64,000 nt of DNA from the NCBI GenBank assembly GCA_950097015.1, contig CATNEN010000025.1, positions 7,006,001 to 7,070,000 on the forward strand. The letters run 5' to 3'. A program made the position numbers and the translations under genes. Of this stretch, positions 11,864 to 25,055 are shown in pieces. This stretch comes from Macrostomum hystrix. Lineage: Eukaryota; Animalia; Platyhelminthes. Every line of letters starts with the position of its first letter. Position 1 is the first letter of the stretch. The notes beneath the pieces were generated by a model that did no database searches, was not told where the DNA came from, and was given only the letters and a program-made list of their open reading frames with translations.

Positions 11864-12811
11864 GTAAAAAGACCGTCGAAAAAGCCATTTTAAGAAAAGC
11901 GAGCATCAATAGCTACTAGCAGTAAAGCTCTAGAATTTGAATAGTCCTTAAACGGAAGTGACGAGAATTTACGCTTGAGGCGACGCTGAAAAAGAGAATG
12001 ACGAGTAATATATATACAACGAGGCAATAATTATATTACAATCTGAAATACTTGTCAGATTTCCTAGAATTTACACCGTTACACTCCAAGAAAGACAACA
12101 CACTATTCCAACTGAATCGAATTAAATAGACAATTAACATTTTGAAATGCATAAACTTTCTGACGATGAATCATCGCTCATTCCAGTGTATATAATAGCG
12201 ATCATGCCAGGTTTTGCATAAAGAGACATGTCAAACCCAGCTGCAGAGTCACCGAAAGTGAGATCAAACCACGGAGATATATTTTTATAAACTAAAGCAC
12301 AAAGCTATTTTGCATCGAGGTTGAATAGATCGAGGAGAGCTTCTCACGATAGACAGCCGCATATGAAGCTATATCATTCGCAAATCAAGTTATGGATCTT
12401 GGCCCCGATATCTGACTGATTGATTTTCAGGCGCCGCATACGCGCATAACTCCTGGGTGCATGTGATATGCGGGCTTCGTTGCAGTTGGTTCATAATACA
12501 AAGCTCCTGTGCATGGATGTGGGACCTCGATAGCAAGTCTAGCCAGCATTTTAAGCCATGGCAAGATATGCAGACAGTGCGCGAGCAGTTTAAACAAAGC
12601 AGCTTATCTCTAATATTGCATCGCTATTGCGTAGCTGAATTTCTGGATTATTAAACATCCAAGACTCCGTGAACAACAGTCAGTGTCGAATGTGGGTGCG
12701 GTCGGCACGATCCACACATCAATGCACACAACTTCAAAACATGGTGCAGCCGATAACGTCACAGTTGGCTGAACTGGAACTTACAGCTTCGTGTGCTCCT
12801 TAGCTGTTAGC

Positions 12812-14395
12812 TGAGGTGCCTGGTGAATGATGGGTGAGGTGCCTGGTGAATGATGGGTGAGGTGCCTGGATGAATGATGGGTGAGGTGCCTGGATGAATG
12901 ATGGGTGATGTGCCTTGATGAATGATGGGTGATGTGCCTGGATGAATGATATGTGAGGTGCCTGGATGAATGATGGGTGATGTGCCTGGATGAATGATAT
13001 GTGAGGTGCCTGGATGAATGATGGGTGAGGTGCCTGGATGAATGATGGGTGAGGTGCCTGGTGAATGATGGGTGAGGTGCCTGGATGAATGATGGGTGAG
13101 GTGCCTGGATGAATGATGGGTGATGTGCCTGGATGAATGATATGTGAGGTGCCTGGATGAATGATGGGTGATGTGCCTGGAAGAATGATATGTGAGGTGC
13201 CTGGATGAATGATGGGTGATGTGCCTGGATGAATGATGGGTGATGTGCCTGGATGAATGATGGGTGATGTGCCTGGATGAATGATGGGTGAGGTGCCTGG
13301 ATGAATGATGGGTGATGTGCCTGGATGAATGATATGTGAGGTGCCTGGATGAATGATGGGTGATGTGCCTGGATGAATAATGGATGATGTGCCTTGATGA
13401 ATGATGGGTGAGGTGCCTGGATGAATGATGGGTGATGTGCCTGGATGAATGATGGGTGAGGTGCCTGGATGAATGATGGGTGATGTGCCTGGATGAATGA
13501 TGGGTGATGTGCCTGGATGAATGATGGGTGATGTGCCTGGATGAATGATGGGTGATGTGCCTGGATGAATGATGGGTGATGTGCCTGGATGAATGATATG
13601 TGAGGTGCCTGGATGAATGATGGGTGATGTGCCTGGATGAATGATGGGTGAGGTGCCTGGATGAATGATGGGTGATGTGCCTGGATGAATGATGGGTGAT
13701 GTGCCTGGATGAATGATGGGTGATGTGCCTGGATGAATGATGGGTGATGTGCCTGGATGAATGATGGGTGATGTGCCTGGATGAATGATGGGTGATGTGC
13801 CTGGATGAATCATGGGTGATGTGCCTGGATGAATGATGGGTGATGTGCCTGGATGAATGATGGGTGATGTGCCTGGATGAATGATATGTGAGGTGCCTGG
13901 ATGAATGATGGGTGATGTGCCTGGATGAATGATGGGTGATGTGCCTGGATGAATGATGGGTGATGTGCCTGGATGAATGATATGTGGGGTGCCTGGATGA
14001 ATGATGGGTGATGTGCCTGGATGAATGATGGGTGATGTGCCTGGATGAATGATATGTGGGGTGCCTGGATGAATGATGGGTGATGTGCCTGGATGAATGA
14101 TGGGTGATGTGCATGGATGAATGATGGTGAAGGGTGATGTGCCTGGATGAATGATGGTGAAGGGTGATGTGCCTGGATGAATGATATGTGAGGTGCCTGG
14201 ATGAATGATGGGTGATGTGCCTGGATGAATGATATGTGAGGTGCCTGGATGAATGATGGGTGATGTGCCTGGATGAATGATGGGTGATGTGCCTGGATGA
14301 ATGATGGGTGATGTGCCTGGATGAATGATGGGTGAGGTGCCTGGATAAATGATGGGTGATGTGCCTGGATGAATGATGGAGGATGGGTGATGTGG
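12812..14395. repeat. 24-bp minisatellite (~66 copies)
   Basis: Unit GTGCCTGGATGAATGATGGGTGA(T/G). Confidence 0.97.
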
Positions 14396-15187
14396 TGAGC
14401 TAGCATGCACAAAAATGTTTATAATTTAATGAAATTTAATTTTATTTTAAGTTTTCACCTCATTCGCCCACTTAGCTATAGTCATTCTCATTTGGTTGAC
14501 ATATGACCGTTCTGTAGGCAAATTGTAACCCTACTAGTTCTTATTGGTGATACACTTGAGTTACTGTATACCAAGATTTCGAAATGTGCTTCACATTCAG
14601 CTGATATATCATTTCCTAGTCAAATTGAGCTAATACTCGTATTGGACCAAACAGCACATTCACTTTAAGCGTCTGCTCTATAGTTGATAGTTTATAAAAT
14701 AATACGCAATATATTTCAGAATATACATTTATAAAAAGAAGACACAACAAATACTTGGGAATAACAACAGACTTGATGTATCATATTAACAATAATTCTG
14801 TACACTTCGTAAGTGCATTAATTAGACAAAGTACCCAAAAACATGTGATCTTTAACTTACAGTTAAAGACTTACAGTGGCTTAATAATACCCATTTTGTA
14901 AGTAGCCCTGTAATATTTGACATGAAAATAACATTTTGCTAAATTGTTTAGACAGAATACAAGTGTACAAGTGGAAATTTACTTTAATGACAAGACGCAA
15001 GGAGAGGAGTTTAAAAAAATTCGATGTCTTTAAGCTCGATGCGGATGTTAGGAAAATAATAACAAATAATTACATATTTTGGTTTGATTAAATTAGTACA
15101 ACAAATTAGTTAAGCCTAATTTCACGAAAAAGAAAGCTCAAGCCCTTGCAAACTTGAAGGCTGCGCATTTTGGTTTATTCGGGAAAA

Positions 15188-15488
15188 TTATGTGAAACCG
15201 CATCTGTAGCTCCATTTTGCTAAGGTCACGTGACGCACTGGCAAGTGTTATGTGAAACCGCATCTGTAGCTCCATTTTGCTAAGGTCACGTGATGCACTG
15301 GCAAGTGTTATGTGAAACCGCATCTGTAGCTCCATTTTGCTAAGGTCACGTGATGCACTGGCAAGTGTTATGTGAAACCGCATCTGTAGCTCCATTTTGC
15401 GAAGGTCACGTGATGCACTGGCAAGTGTTATGCGAAACCGCATCTGTAGCTCCATTTTGCTAAGGTCACGTGACGCACTGGCAAGTGT
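15188..15488. repeat. 60-bp tandem repeat x5
   Basis: Unit TTATGTGAAACCGCATCTGTAGCTCCATTTTGCTAAGGTCACGTGATGCACTGGCAAGTG. Confidence 0.95.
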
Positions 15489-15675
15489 CGAGAAGCCTCG
15501 TGGGGCAGACATTTGGGGTGGATTGAAAATGACCGAGCTATCGGCAACAAATCAGAACGGAGAGTGTGGTAAGGGGTTAATGCTTTGTGTTTTAGTGTTA
15601 TGTTAGTTTTCAGTGTACGCACTGGCGCTAGCCAATCAGCGGTCGATATAGCAAAATGTCGAGGTCAGCGAAGTT

Positions 15676-18043
15676 TCACACGTCGCTCACGTGATCGTAG
15701 GGCAGTCGCGCCCTCTTGCCTATAGTCGCCCCTGTTGTTATCGGGTTCGCGTAATCAACAATGGCATGGCCTGCTCCACCAATCGGAAGTTGAGTAAGAC
15801 TGTTGAGCTGCGTGTAGTTCATTGGCCCCTGCTGCTGCTGCTGTTGCTGTTGCGAGCGCAACTGATCGCGGGAACCCGCAGTTGGAACCAGCACTGAGCT
15901 TGTTAAAAGCGGTGGCATTGGAATGCTGTACGTGTCAGCTGGGTATTGCCTATTGTCTCCCTGCTGCTGCTGCTGCTGCTGCTGCCTTTGCCGCCGCTGC
16001 TGCTGCTGCTGTTGCTGCAGGGACTTTAGTCGGCGCTGTGTGGTAGCCGACCCGCTAGAGGCTAATCCTATATCCCTGAACAGGTTTTCATCTGAGTGAC
16101 TAGCCGACGCGTAGAAGCTGCGATGATCAAGAAATCCTAACGGATTGAACGGACAGAGTAAGGCTAGATACATTTGATTAGGTTGAAATAAGGTAGTCCA
16201 TACAATGTCCAATCAAACCCTGTGCCTCACCAGGATCTGTGCCTCTTCGCATGGTGTCTACTGATGCCCCCTGTGCAACGTCGGGCCGACTGGCAGTTGC
16301 TGAAGTCAGCATCTTCTCGCTGGATTCAAGCTCCAATTGCTCCAGCTCCAGGGGTCGTTTTCGACGATTCTTGCTTAGCGACATGTGCTGCAAAGACGAT
16401 GTGGCGACGCTGGGTGTCAGGGTATTGCTGTCAGAACCCTATCATAATCACTTATCGCTAGAAGGGTATGTAGAGGATGCGGCATTTAGGGTTTGGGCTC
16501 TGGGTGAGGTGCCTGGATGAATGATGGGTGAGGTGCCTGGATGAATGATGGGTGATTTGCCTGGATGAATGATGGGTGAGGTGCCTGGATGAATGATATG
16601 TGAGGTGCCTGGATGAATGATGGGTGATGTGCCTGGATGAATGATGGGTGATGTGCCTTGATGAATGATGGGTGATGTGTGGGTGGGTGGGTGCCTGGAT
16701 GGGTTGGTGCCTGGAGGGGTGGGTGCCTGGATGGGTGGGTGCCTGGTTGGATGGGTGCCTGGTTGGATGGGTGCCTGGATGGGTGGGTGCCTGGATGGGT
16801 GCTGGGAAGGGTGCTTTGATTCGTGCTTTTAGGTAAGTACACAGACTCCACTAACCATGGACTGTGCAGGATATCCGTGCAAGCTTGTCAGCTGATTATG
16901 TCCCGACAGCTTTCCGATGGGGTCATAGCTGAACAGGTCGCTGTTCTTGGCCGCCAGTCCTGGGAGATCTGTGATTTTGTGACAGATGATTGGCAAGGAA
17001 ATAACATGTTAGGAAAAAATATTTATTAATCAGAACACGGTTTAGCATGTGTTAAAAATTATCGAACATATTGAAAACTGATTAGATTTTTCTAGTCGAG
17101 TTCCAGTTTTCCAGTTTCCAACTTCTCAGGCGAATAATTATTTTACAAGTTCTACTCATAAAATACCATTTTGTAACGAACATGGCAAGTTGATTAGATT
17201 TTCAGAAAAATTTGAGATTCTTTCAGACAAATCTCCTAATCCGTTCAATGAATAAGCATATAAAGCATTATAACAAGCAAGCGATGGTTCTGACAAGAGG
17301 CAATGAGATTTTTCTATGAAAGCTCTGCTGCCCTGATCTAGTTACGAGCTCCGCACCAATGAGACTCAGACAAAGACTCACTGGGACACATTATTTGCTT
17401 CATTTTTTTCCTCCAAATTGTCGGCTCCATCGAGCGCACTATCTCAGCAGTGCCATCTTGCGCAACAGGCAGCTGAGACGAGGAGCGAAACACCATGCTT
17501 CAAGACCCCCACTTTCTCTGTGTAGTCAGATCGGAATAACAGATTAGCCAATTATTTTCCATTGTTCCTCTGGTTAATTCACAGAAAAATATTTCTCGAT
17601 CTAAAATGGCTCTACATATTTTTTGTTGAACAGCAACACGCAGTAAGCGAACAATCAGGCAATGATGGGCAAGATAAGCCAGGTAGGCAAAGACTGACTT
17701 ATTTACAGTCATCAGTAAAATTGTGATATTTGAGGCTAGATTAGCTATCCACCGCTCGTTCCTTCTGAACGCCACTAAAGAGTAGAAAAATCAGTATTTT
17801 CCACTGCAACCAGATCCCCTAAGGGAAAATTGTCTCATTTAGCATACAGTTAGCAACCCGTGCACTCAGTTAAGCCTAAAGCCGGCATGTGAAAGATCAC
17901 TTGAGAAATGTGCCCAGTTGAGTTCCTCAACTCTTGAAATTCTCGCTTGAGAATAGTCACCGCTTCGTTATCTATATTATCCCCGCCTTCAATTGCAAGG
18001 TGTCGGCGCGACTCAAACCCCGCCACTTCGATCTCGACTTGAG
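15676..18043 (-). CDS. Protocadherin cytoplasmic exons (probable): 18043-~17900, 16968-16856, 16438-16231, 16163-15676
   Basis: The phase-1 acceptor at 18043 matches the donor at 19265 ([14 protein letters not shown]...). 16968-16856 reads [20 protein letters not shown] 67-bp GT-AG intron (16230-16164) joins ...GTDP to ALLCPFNP...polyQ...DHVSDV*. The 17.9-17.0 kb junctions are unresolved. Confidence 0.55.
16500..16800. repeat. Second locus of the 24-bp GTGCCTGGATGAATGATGGGTGA minisatellite, decaying to GGGTGCCTGGAT; inside a protocadherin intron
   Basis: Same unit and orientation as 12812-14395. Confidence 0.92.
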
Positions 18044-18185
18044 CTGAACTCAAATACACTGGACTGTCCTAGTCTCATGAGGCACTAGACTAAGACTGCA
18101 CAATTTTCAAGCCTAATTCACATCACTCGCCCTGCTTGCCAAGAAGACCTACAAAGCCTCTAAGGACTTGTTCTTCTTATTCCTT

Positions 18186-19264
18186 CAGTGAGCCTCAGCC
18201 TCACTCACTCGACATCAACCCGAGCCTCAGCCTCACTCACTCGACATCAACCCGAGCCTCAGCCTCACTCACTCGACATCAACCCGAGCCTCAGCCTCAC
18301 TCACTCGACATCAACCCGAGCCTCAGCCTCACTCACTCGACATCAACCCGAGCCTCAGCCTCACTCACTCGACATCAACCCGAGCCTCAGCCTCACTCAC
18401 TCGACATCAACCCGAGCCTCAGCCTCACTCACTCGACATCAACCCGAGCCTCAGCCTCACTCACTCGACATCAACCCGAGCCTCAGCCTCACTCACCCGA
18501 CATCAACCCGAGCCTCAGACTCACTCACCCGACATCAACCCGAGCCTCAGCCTCACTCACTCGACATCAACCCGAGCCTCAGCCTCACTCACTCGACATC
18601 AACCCGAGCCTCAGCCTCACTCACTCGACATCAACCCGAGCCTCAGCCTCACTCACTCGACATCAACCCGAGCCTCAGCCTCACTCACTCGACATCAACC
18701 CGAGCCTCAGCCTCACTCACTCGACATCAACCCGAGCCTCAGCCTCACTCACCCGACATCAACCCGAGCCTCAGCCTCACTCACCCGACATCAACCCGAG
18801 CCTCAGCCTCACTCACTCGACATCAACCCGAGCCTCAGCCTCACACACCCAACATCAACCCAAGCCTCAGCCTCACTCACTCGACATCAACCCGAGCCTC
18901 AGCCTCACTCACCCGACATCAACCCGAGCCTCAGCCTCACTCACTCGACATCAACCCGAGCCTCAGCCTCACACACCCAACATCAACCCAAGCCTCAGCC
19001 TCACTCACTCGACATCAACCCGAGCCTCAGCCTCACTCACCCGACATCAACCCGAGCCTCAGCCTCACTCACTCGACATCAACCCGAGCCTCAGCCTCAC
19101 TCACCCGACATCAACCCGAGCCTCAGCCTCACTCACTCGACATTAACCCGAGCCTCAGCCTCACTCACCCGACATCAACCCGAGCCTCAGCCTCACTCAC
19201 TCGAAATCAACACGAGCCTCAGCCTCACTCACCCGACATCAACCCGAGCCTCAGCCTCACTCAC
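18186..19264. repeat. 32-bp minisatellite (~33 copies) starting at the protocadherin splice donor
   Basis: Unit CGAGCCTCAGCCTCACTCACTCGACATCAACC. Confidence 0.97.
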
Positions 19265-22163
19265 CCCTTCCAAGGCCAGCCCTCGCAGAAGCGGCCGAGG
19301 CGGCCTCCGCTCGTCGCCGAACGATGAGGAAGACTACCGACAGGATGAGCGCCAGGAGGACCAGAATCGCCAGCCCGGCAGTCAGTAGCACGATGGCGCT
19401 GGACAAGTCGCCGCTACCGAAGACGCCCCCGCCACCGCCGTCGCCGACGCCGTTGTTGTTGCGCCCGGTGGCGCTTCCGCCAGACCAGGTTCGTCCGTCC
19501 TGCCCGGATAAAGACGGCCCGCCGTTGCCGCTGACGCTGCGGTCACCAACGTCACTGACGGCGCAGATTCGCAGCTGGGTCACACGCTGCAGCTTCTTCG
19601 GCTGGCCCTGATCTGAGGCCTCCAGCCGCAGCAGGCGACCTCCGCCGCCGCCGAGGCAGCCGTCGGCTGAGATGCCGTTAGTAGGAAGTCGGCGACGCAG
19701 AAGAAGCTTGCCGGTAAGCGGCTCTAAGTTAAAGTAATCGGCAAAGTCAGCAGGCTCACCGCCGGATGCTAACTTCGCTGATGACGATGCGGAAGCTGGT
19801 TCAGCTGATGATGGCAGCAGTCTATATGTGACGTTTCCATTCTGGCCGATGTCATCATCGTGGGCGATGATCGTTGCCACTGGATTGCCAGGCACCTGAG
19901 CAACGGATATGTTCACCTGATGCGGCGGCCTTCCCGGAGTCTCCGCCGGCGGAAATACGAACCTTGGTGGCGAGTCGTTCACGTCGCCGACAAGCACAGT
20001 CAGCTGAAACTCAGTCCGCCTGCTTGGTAGGCCGGAGTCGGTTACGCTGATGAGAAGTCGGTGCTCAGCCTCCAGCTCTCGATCAAGTGACGAGGCTAGA
20101 TCGATTTCTCCGTTGTCGCGAGCGACGAATTTCTCAGCTCCTCCGCCGCCACCGCGACCGCTGCCGGCTTCGCTTTTTACACTGAAATGGAAACGGTGCG
20201 GACCTTCGTCAGCGTCTGTGGCATTGATGCGGATGACGATCCAGCCGATTGGGGCGTCCTCCGACACTGTCACCGAACTCGGTGTGCCCTCCGCTACAAC
20301 CGGACCATTGTCGTTCTCGTCCAGCACCCGAAGGCTGGCCTCTGTGGTGGCAGTCAAACCCGGAGGTGCTGGGTTCACTGCCACTATGTGGAACTTCAGG
20401 ATGGCCTGCGTCTCCCGGTCGAACGAGCGAATCGTGGTGAGCTGGCCAGTTGCTGGGTCGATGGCCAGGTCGGCCTGAACCTCGGGCGGCTCCAGCCGAT
20501 ATTCGATGACGGCGTTCGGCCCGGCGTCGGCGTCGTGGGCGCGGGCAAAGCCGAGGGGCGTCCCGGGCGGCCGGTTCTCGAGCACCGTGAGCGTCAGGGC
20601 CGACGCGGACGGCCAGACCGGAGGAGAGTCGTTCACATCGTCTACCTCGATGCGGATCGTGAGCTCACGACGCTGCGGCGGCTGCCCGTGGTCGCTGCAT
20701 TCCACTGTGACGGTTTGTCGGGGCGCGACCTCTCGATCGAAGGTTTGCAGAGCCAGCAGATGATAAAGACAGTCGCCAGTTTTCAGCTGGCTGATGAGCT
20801 GCAGGCCAAAGCGACGATCTCCACCTGACTTCAGGTCGCATCGGACGCGTCCATTTTCAGCGTCGTCCTGATCCTGCGCGTGCAGCGATGCGATCGGCCT
20901 CTGATCGCCGTAATGCTTATTTTCCAACACGTGGACCACAGGCTGCTCCATGGAAGCTGCGCTACCTACCGAGCTGGACTGGAGACTCTGCACGTTGATG
21001 CTGGGCGCGTGGTTATTCACGTCAATGACGCGAATGCGCACGTTAATTTCGGCTGACCGGCTTGGCAAGCCATGGTCGTAAGCGACTATCGTGAGGTCGT
21101 GCCAGTTGCTGACTGGCCGCTGTGGCCAGAAGGTAAGGCGCCGATACAACCAGATTCGGCCAGTGTACGGGTCAACTCCGAACTGCGGCGCCGCGGACTG
21201 TCCGGACTGCGGCTGACGCAGTCGATAGCTCACCCTGCCGTTCTGGCCCTCGTCCCTGTCTTTGGCTGAAACGCTCGCCACGATGGAGCGCTCGCGGGTG
21301 TCCTCCAACAGGTCAATCGTCACCTCGCTGCCGTTGACGAACTCCGGGCTGCAGTCGTTTACGTCTTCAATGGTGACGTTGATAAAGGTGGTGCCAGTCT
21401 GCCTGCCGCCGTCCTCGGCTATCAGGTTCAGGCCATGCCAGGTCTTGGACTCGCGGTCGAGCGGCTGCCGGTTGACCAGCTGCAGCTCGATGATCTTGTC
21501 ACCCTTGGGCACCTTATGCAGTTTAAAGAAGTCGCTGTGCTCGCTCAGACGATAGTTAACGATGCCGTTGCGGCCCCAGTCGGCGTCAGACGCCAGCTTA
21601 AGCGGCACCGACTGCTCAGTCTGATCGGTCTCTCGGAAGAGCACAATGTACTTGTCGCTGGAGAAGGCCGGGGCATGATCGTTGAGATCTTGCAGCTGCA
21701 GAGTCAGCTCCAGTGTTATTGCCGAGCCGCCGCTGTGCGTGGCGATCACCAGCTGCTTGAACTCGCACACCGCCAAGTCACCTACCTGTCGCATGTTCGG
21801 CTCACAGCACAGGCCGTCTGAATCGCACAGCCGATCACGGTCTAGAAGCCGGCCAGTGTAGATTCTGCCGTCCTGACGGATGGGGAATATGCGCGCTACT
21901 GGCTGGTTCGAGGACAGCTGAGTCAGGGTGACGTTAGCCAGTTCTGTGTCAGTTAGGTAGCGGCTCAGCGGCTCGCTCAGGTTGCCAATTAAGGTTCCGG
22001 CTGGCTTTTTTTCTTCAAAGCTCAACGTCTTGTGCAGCATCACGCCTGTTGATGAAGAAAGCTCAGGAGATAGGGCTAGAACCATCAGCAGCAGCAATAA
22101 CAGCAGCATCTTGGTTGCTTGCGCTGCTATGATATTTTCCGGCTTTCTTTTCTGCAATGGCAT
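19265..22163 (-). CDS. Protocadherin (delta1-like, 7 cadherin repeats): large exon with signal peptide, EC1-7 and TM helix
   Basis: Leu-rich signal peptide (alternative Met at 22109). Repeated E..PxG, DRE, DxD.GxNG and DxNDxxP motifs; Cys-rich EC1 (DRLCDSDGLCCEP); TM AIVLLTAGLAILVLLALILSVVFLIV followed by RRR. Exon ends at G|GTGAGT. Confidence 0.93.
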
Positions 22164-23811
22164 TGAATATTATAATTTTTTTCATCTTGGTAGAATGATT
22201 TTGTAGAAAGTTTTCATCTCGTGACAATTGCAGACGTGACAGTGGTGCGATAGAATGCTCGTAACGTTACGACGGGGAGTCTGAATTTAGAAGTGAGGTG
22301 GGTGTTCAGGGTAGAAAGAAAGGATGACGTGACGCCTTGATTGGAATGTACATTGAGTGGGACGCAAACTTTAGGACTGAGTGGTCGGCTGGGAGTGAGG
22401 TGGGTGTTCCAGGGGTAGAAAGGACAGTGTGAATGCTTGACTGGGATGTACATTGAATGTGAAGAGAGCTAGCTTCTTCACAGAAGAAGGGCCCACGCAT
22501 GAGCTGCATTGTGGACTTTAAAAAAAGTGTCAACGCAGGACAGGAGAAACCTGGCTTATTGGTAAGTATTTTTTAAGATCCGGATTGCAGATTGGAGTAC
22601 GGTAAACGCAGTCCTTTGGATTTGAACTGTCTGGTAAAGCAAAACATTCAAGAATAATTTAAGCCAAAGTGGAAATTCATGGCGCTGTCTTCTTAAGCTA
22701 CTGCCGGCCGCTTTTTCCCTTCTTTAAGTTGAGCAAACAGAGGAGGCACTCTGAATACCCCACCCCGCTGCGGAATGACCCTCTACCGACCTCCTCTGAG
22801 TTCGCTCCAGCTCTCTGCTCGAGAGGAGCAGATTTGAATATTTCCCGCCCGAAATTAAAGACAAACACGTCATTGAGAGCGGACCGACAAGACAGCTTTA
22901 GGGGTACCCAGGCCGGTGGGTCGGGGAAACGGCAGTTGTCGCTTTGGGATTTGGGAAAGGACTGGGAGGAAAAATCAGCGGGAGGAGGAAGAGCTAGCTG
23001 CTCATGAGTTTACACGAGTTTACTCATGAATCCCCCACCCCGCAATAAAACTTGCTCTCTTGTCCCTGCAAACCCAGTCCCTGCAGCCACTAATGTCACC
23101 GCCTGCATGCTGCCAAGACTTCACCCAGTCGTGCGAGCCCGGCAGCTGCTGTTGCTGCTTCAGTCTTTCTTCACCATGGAAGTTAAAAATGTGAGATCGA
23201 AAAAAACTACAGGGGGATCACGCCCTCAAACTGCGTGAATGCCGCCCCGCCAATACAGAAGGACATATATTTTCTTGAACAAAAAAACATGGCCTTGAAA
23301 ACAACGCGTCCGCCCCTCAGCGATTCGTGTGAAACAGTTGCGAATTGGGCAGGGCTAGGCAGGGCTGGGTTTTGACGCTTCGATCCGAAATTCGCTTCTT
23401 TCGACTTTGCCTGAGCTACCGCTGGGACCATAAGAATCGTTGAAGACTTGAAGATTCTAACATTCTTATTCGTGTCTGACACGACTGGGAGAGCGGTGAG
23501 GGGGGACGACTTCAACCTCAAGTAGAGTAAGTGTTGTTGGGCTGAGTGTCTGGCTTGCTTGTTGAGAGAGGGGTGCAGTTGGGCTGTTTGCTCGTCCGCT
23601 AGCAATGGTCTTCTGCTCCTCTTCAGAAAAATGCCGACTCTCAACGCCGGCCTGAATTTCTCCGCGGGATTAAAAATGCGTCTTTTAAAATGCTTCGGCC
23701 TTCTTTATCGACGATTGGGATTTCGATCGTTGGGATTTTGGTCAATCGAGTCGTCAACCGAAAATTGCTATACACTGCACTGTTCTGGGACACATGAACA
23801 AAACTTGGGAT

Positions 23812-24046
23812 TTGGATCTGGGATTTCTAGAATCTGACATTTGTAGAATCTGGGATTTTTAGAATCTGGGATTTGTAGAATCTGGGATTTGTAGAATCTG
23901 GGATTTGTAGAATCTGGGATTTATAGAATCTGGGATTTGTAGAATCTGATATTTGTAGAATCTGGGATTTTTAGAATCTGATATTTGTAGAATCTGGGAT
24001 TTTTAGAATCTGGGATTTGTAGAATCTGGGATTTGTAGAATCTGGG
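23812..24046. repeat. 16-bp minisatellite (~14 copies)
   Basis: Unit AGAATCTGGGATTTGT. Confidence 0.92.
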
Positions 24047-24549
24047 AACTGGGACTTTCTGAGATCTTCGGATTTAAGGAATCTGGTATTTTTACGGGCT
24101 AGAATTATCTGAGCAAAAATAGCTCTGGGCTGTGACTGGGCAGTTTTATGCTGCTAACAAGCGACCTATTTTTGAAGATAGATCCTACAGAAGATCCCTG
24201 TTCATTTTAGTTTCTGGCAGTTTCAGACAGTCTCTGTAAGGCTCATTTGGGTTGCACTGTAAGAAAAAAGCGTTATAAAATATCAACCAAAAGACTTGGA
24301 TAGAGAAGTTAGGGGAAGTTACACGGATAAGAAAAACATTTCTAAGAGGAATACCAGAATTCAATTTCGTACCATTTTAAGACGTTGCAAAACAAATCGG
24401 GTTGTGAGAGGATCTTTCTTTCATTCCTTTCCCCTTCTCCGTCGTCAGCAAACTAATTTCCTATTTAATTTATCTCAGCAGAAGACAAAATATTATTTCC
24501 TGCATCAAGTATGGAGATCACGACATTAGGATTCGGGAAAACCTGAAGT

Positions 24550-25055
24550 GAAAACTTCTACAAAACAACACGGAAACTTCCACACATCAACACGGAAACT
24601 TCCACACATCAACACGGAAACTTCTAATAAACAACACGGAAACTTCCACACATCAACACGGATACTTACACAAAACAACACGGAAACTTCCACAAAACAA
24701 CACGGATACTTACACAAAACAACACGGAAACTTCCACAAAACAACACGGATACTTACACAAAACAACACGGAAACTTCCACAAAACAACACGGATACTTA
24801 CACAAAACAACACGGAAACTTCCACATTGCAACACGGATACTTACACAAAAACACGGAAACTTCCACATAGCAACACGGAAACTTCCACATAGCAACACG
24901 GAAACTTCCACATAGCAACACGGAAACTTCCACATAGCAACACGGAAACTTCCACATAGCAACACGGAAACTTCCACAAAACAACACGGAAACTTCCACA
25001 TAGCAACACGGAAACTTCCACACAACAACACGGAAACTTCCACATAGCAACACGG
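24550..25055. repeat. 22-bp minisatellite (~23 copies)
   Basis: Unit ACACGGAAACTTCCACA(TAGCA/AAACA). Confidence 0.92.

Noticed and set aside
17380-17790. Extra protocadherin exons near 17.4 and 17.7 kb
   Set aside because: Plausible splice sites exist, but I could not fix a unique stop-free phase-consistent path. Left unresolved.
19324-21821. Plus-strand ORFs overlapping the protocadherin (likewise antisense ORFs over DDI1, the U1A/U2B''-like genes and PCS)
   Set aside because: Antisense shadows of GC-rich coding sequence with no recognisable domains.
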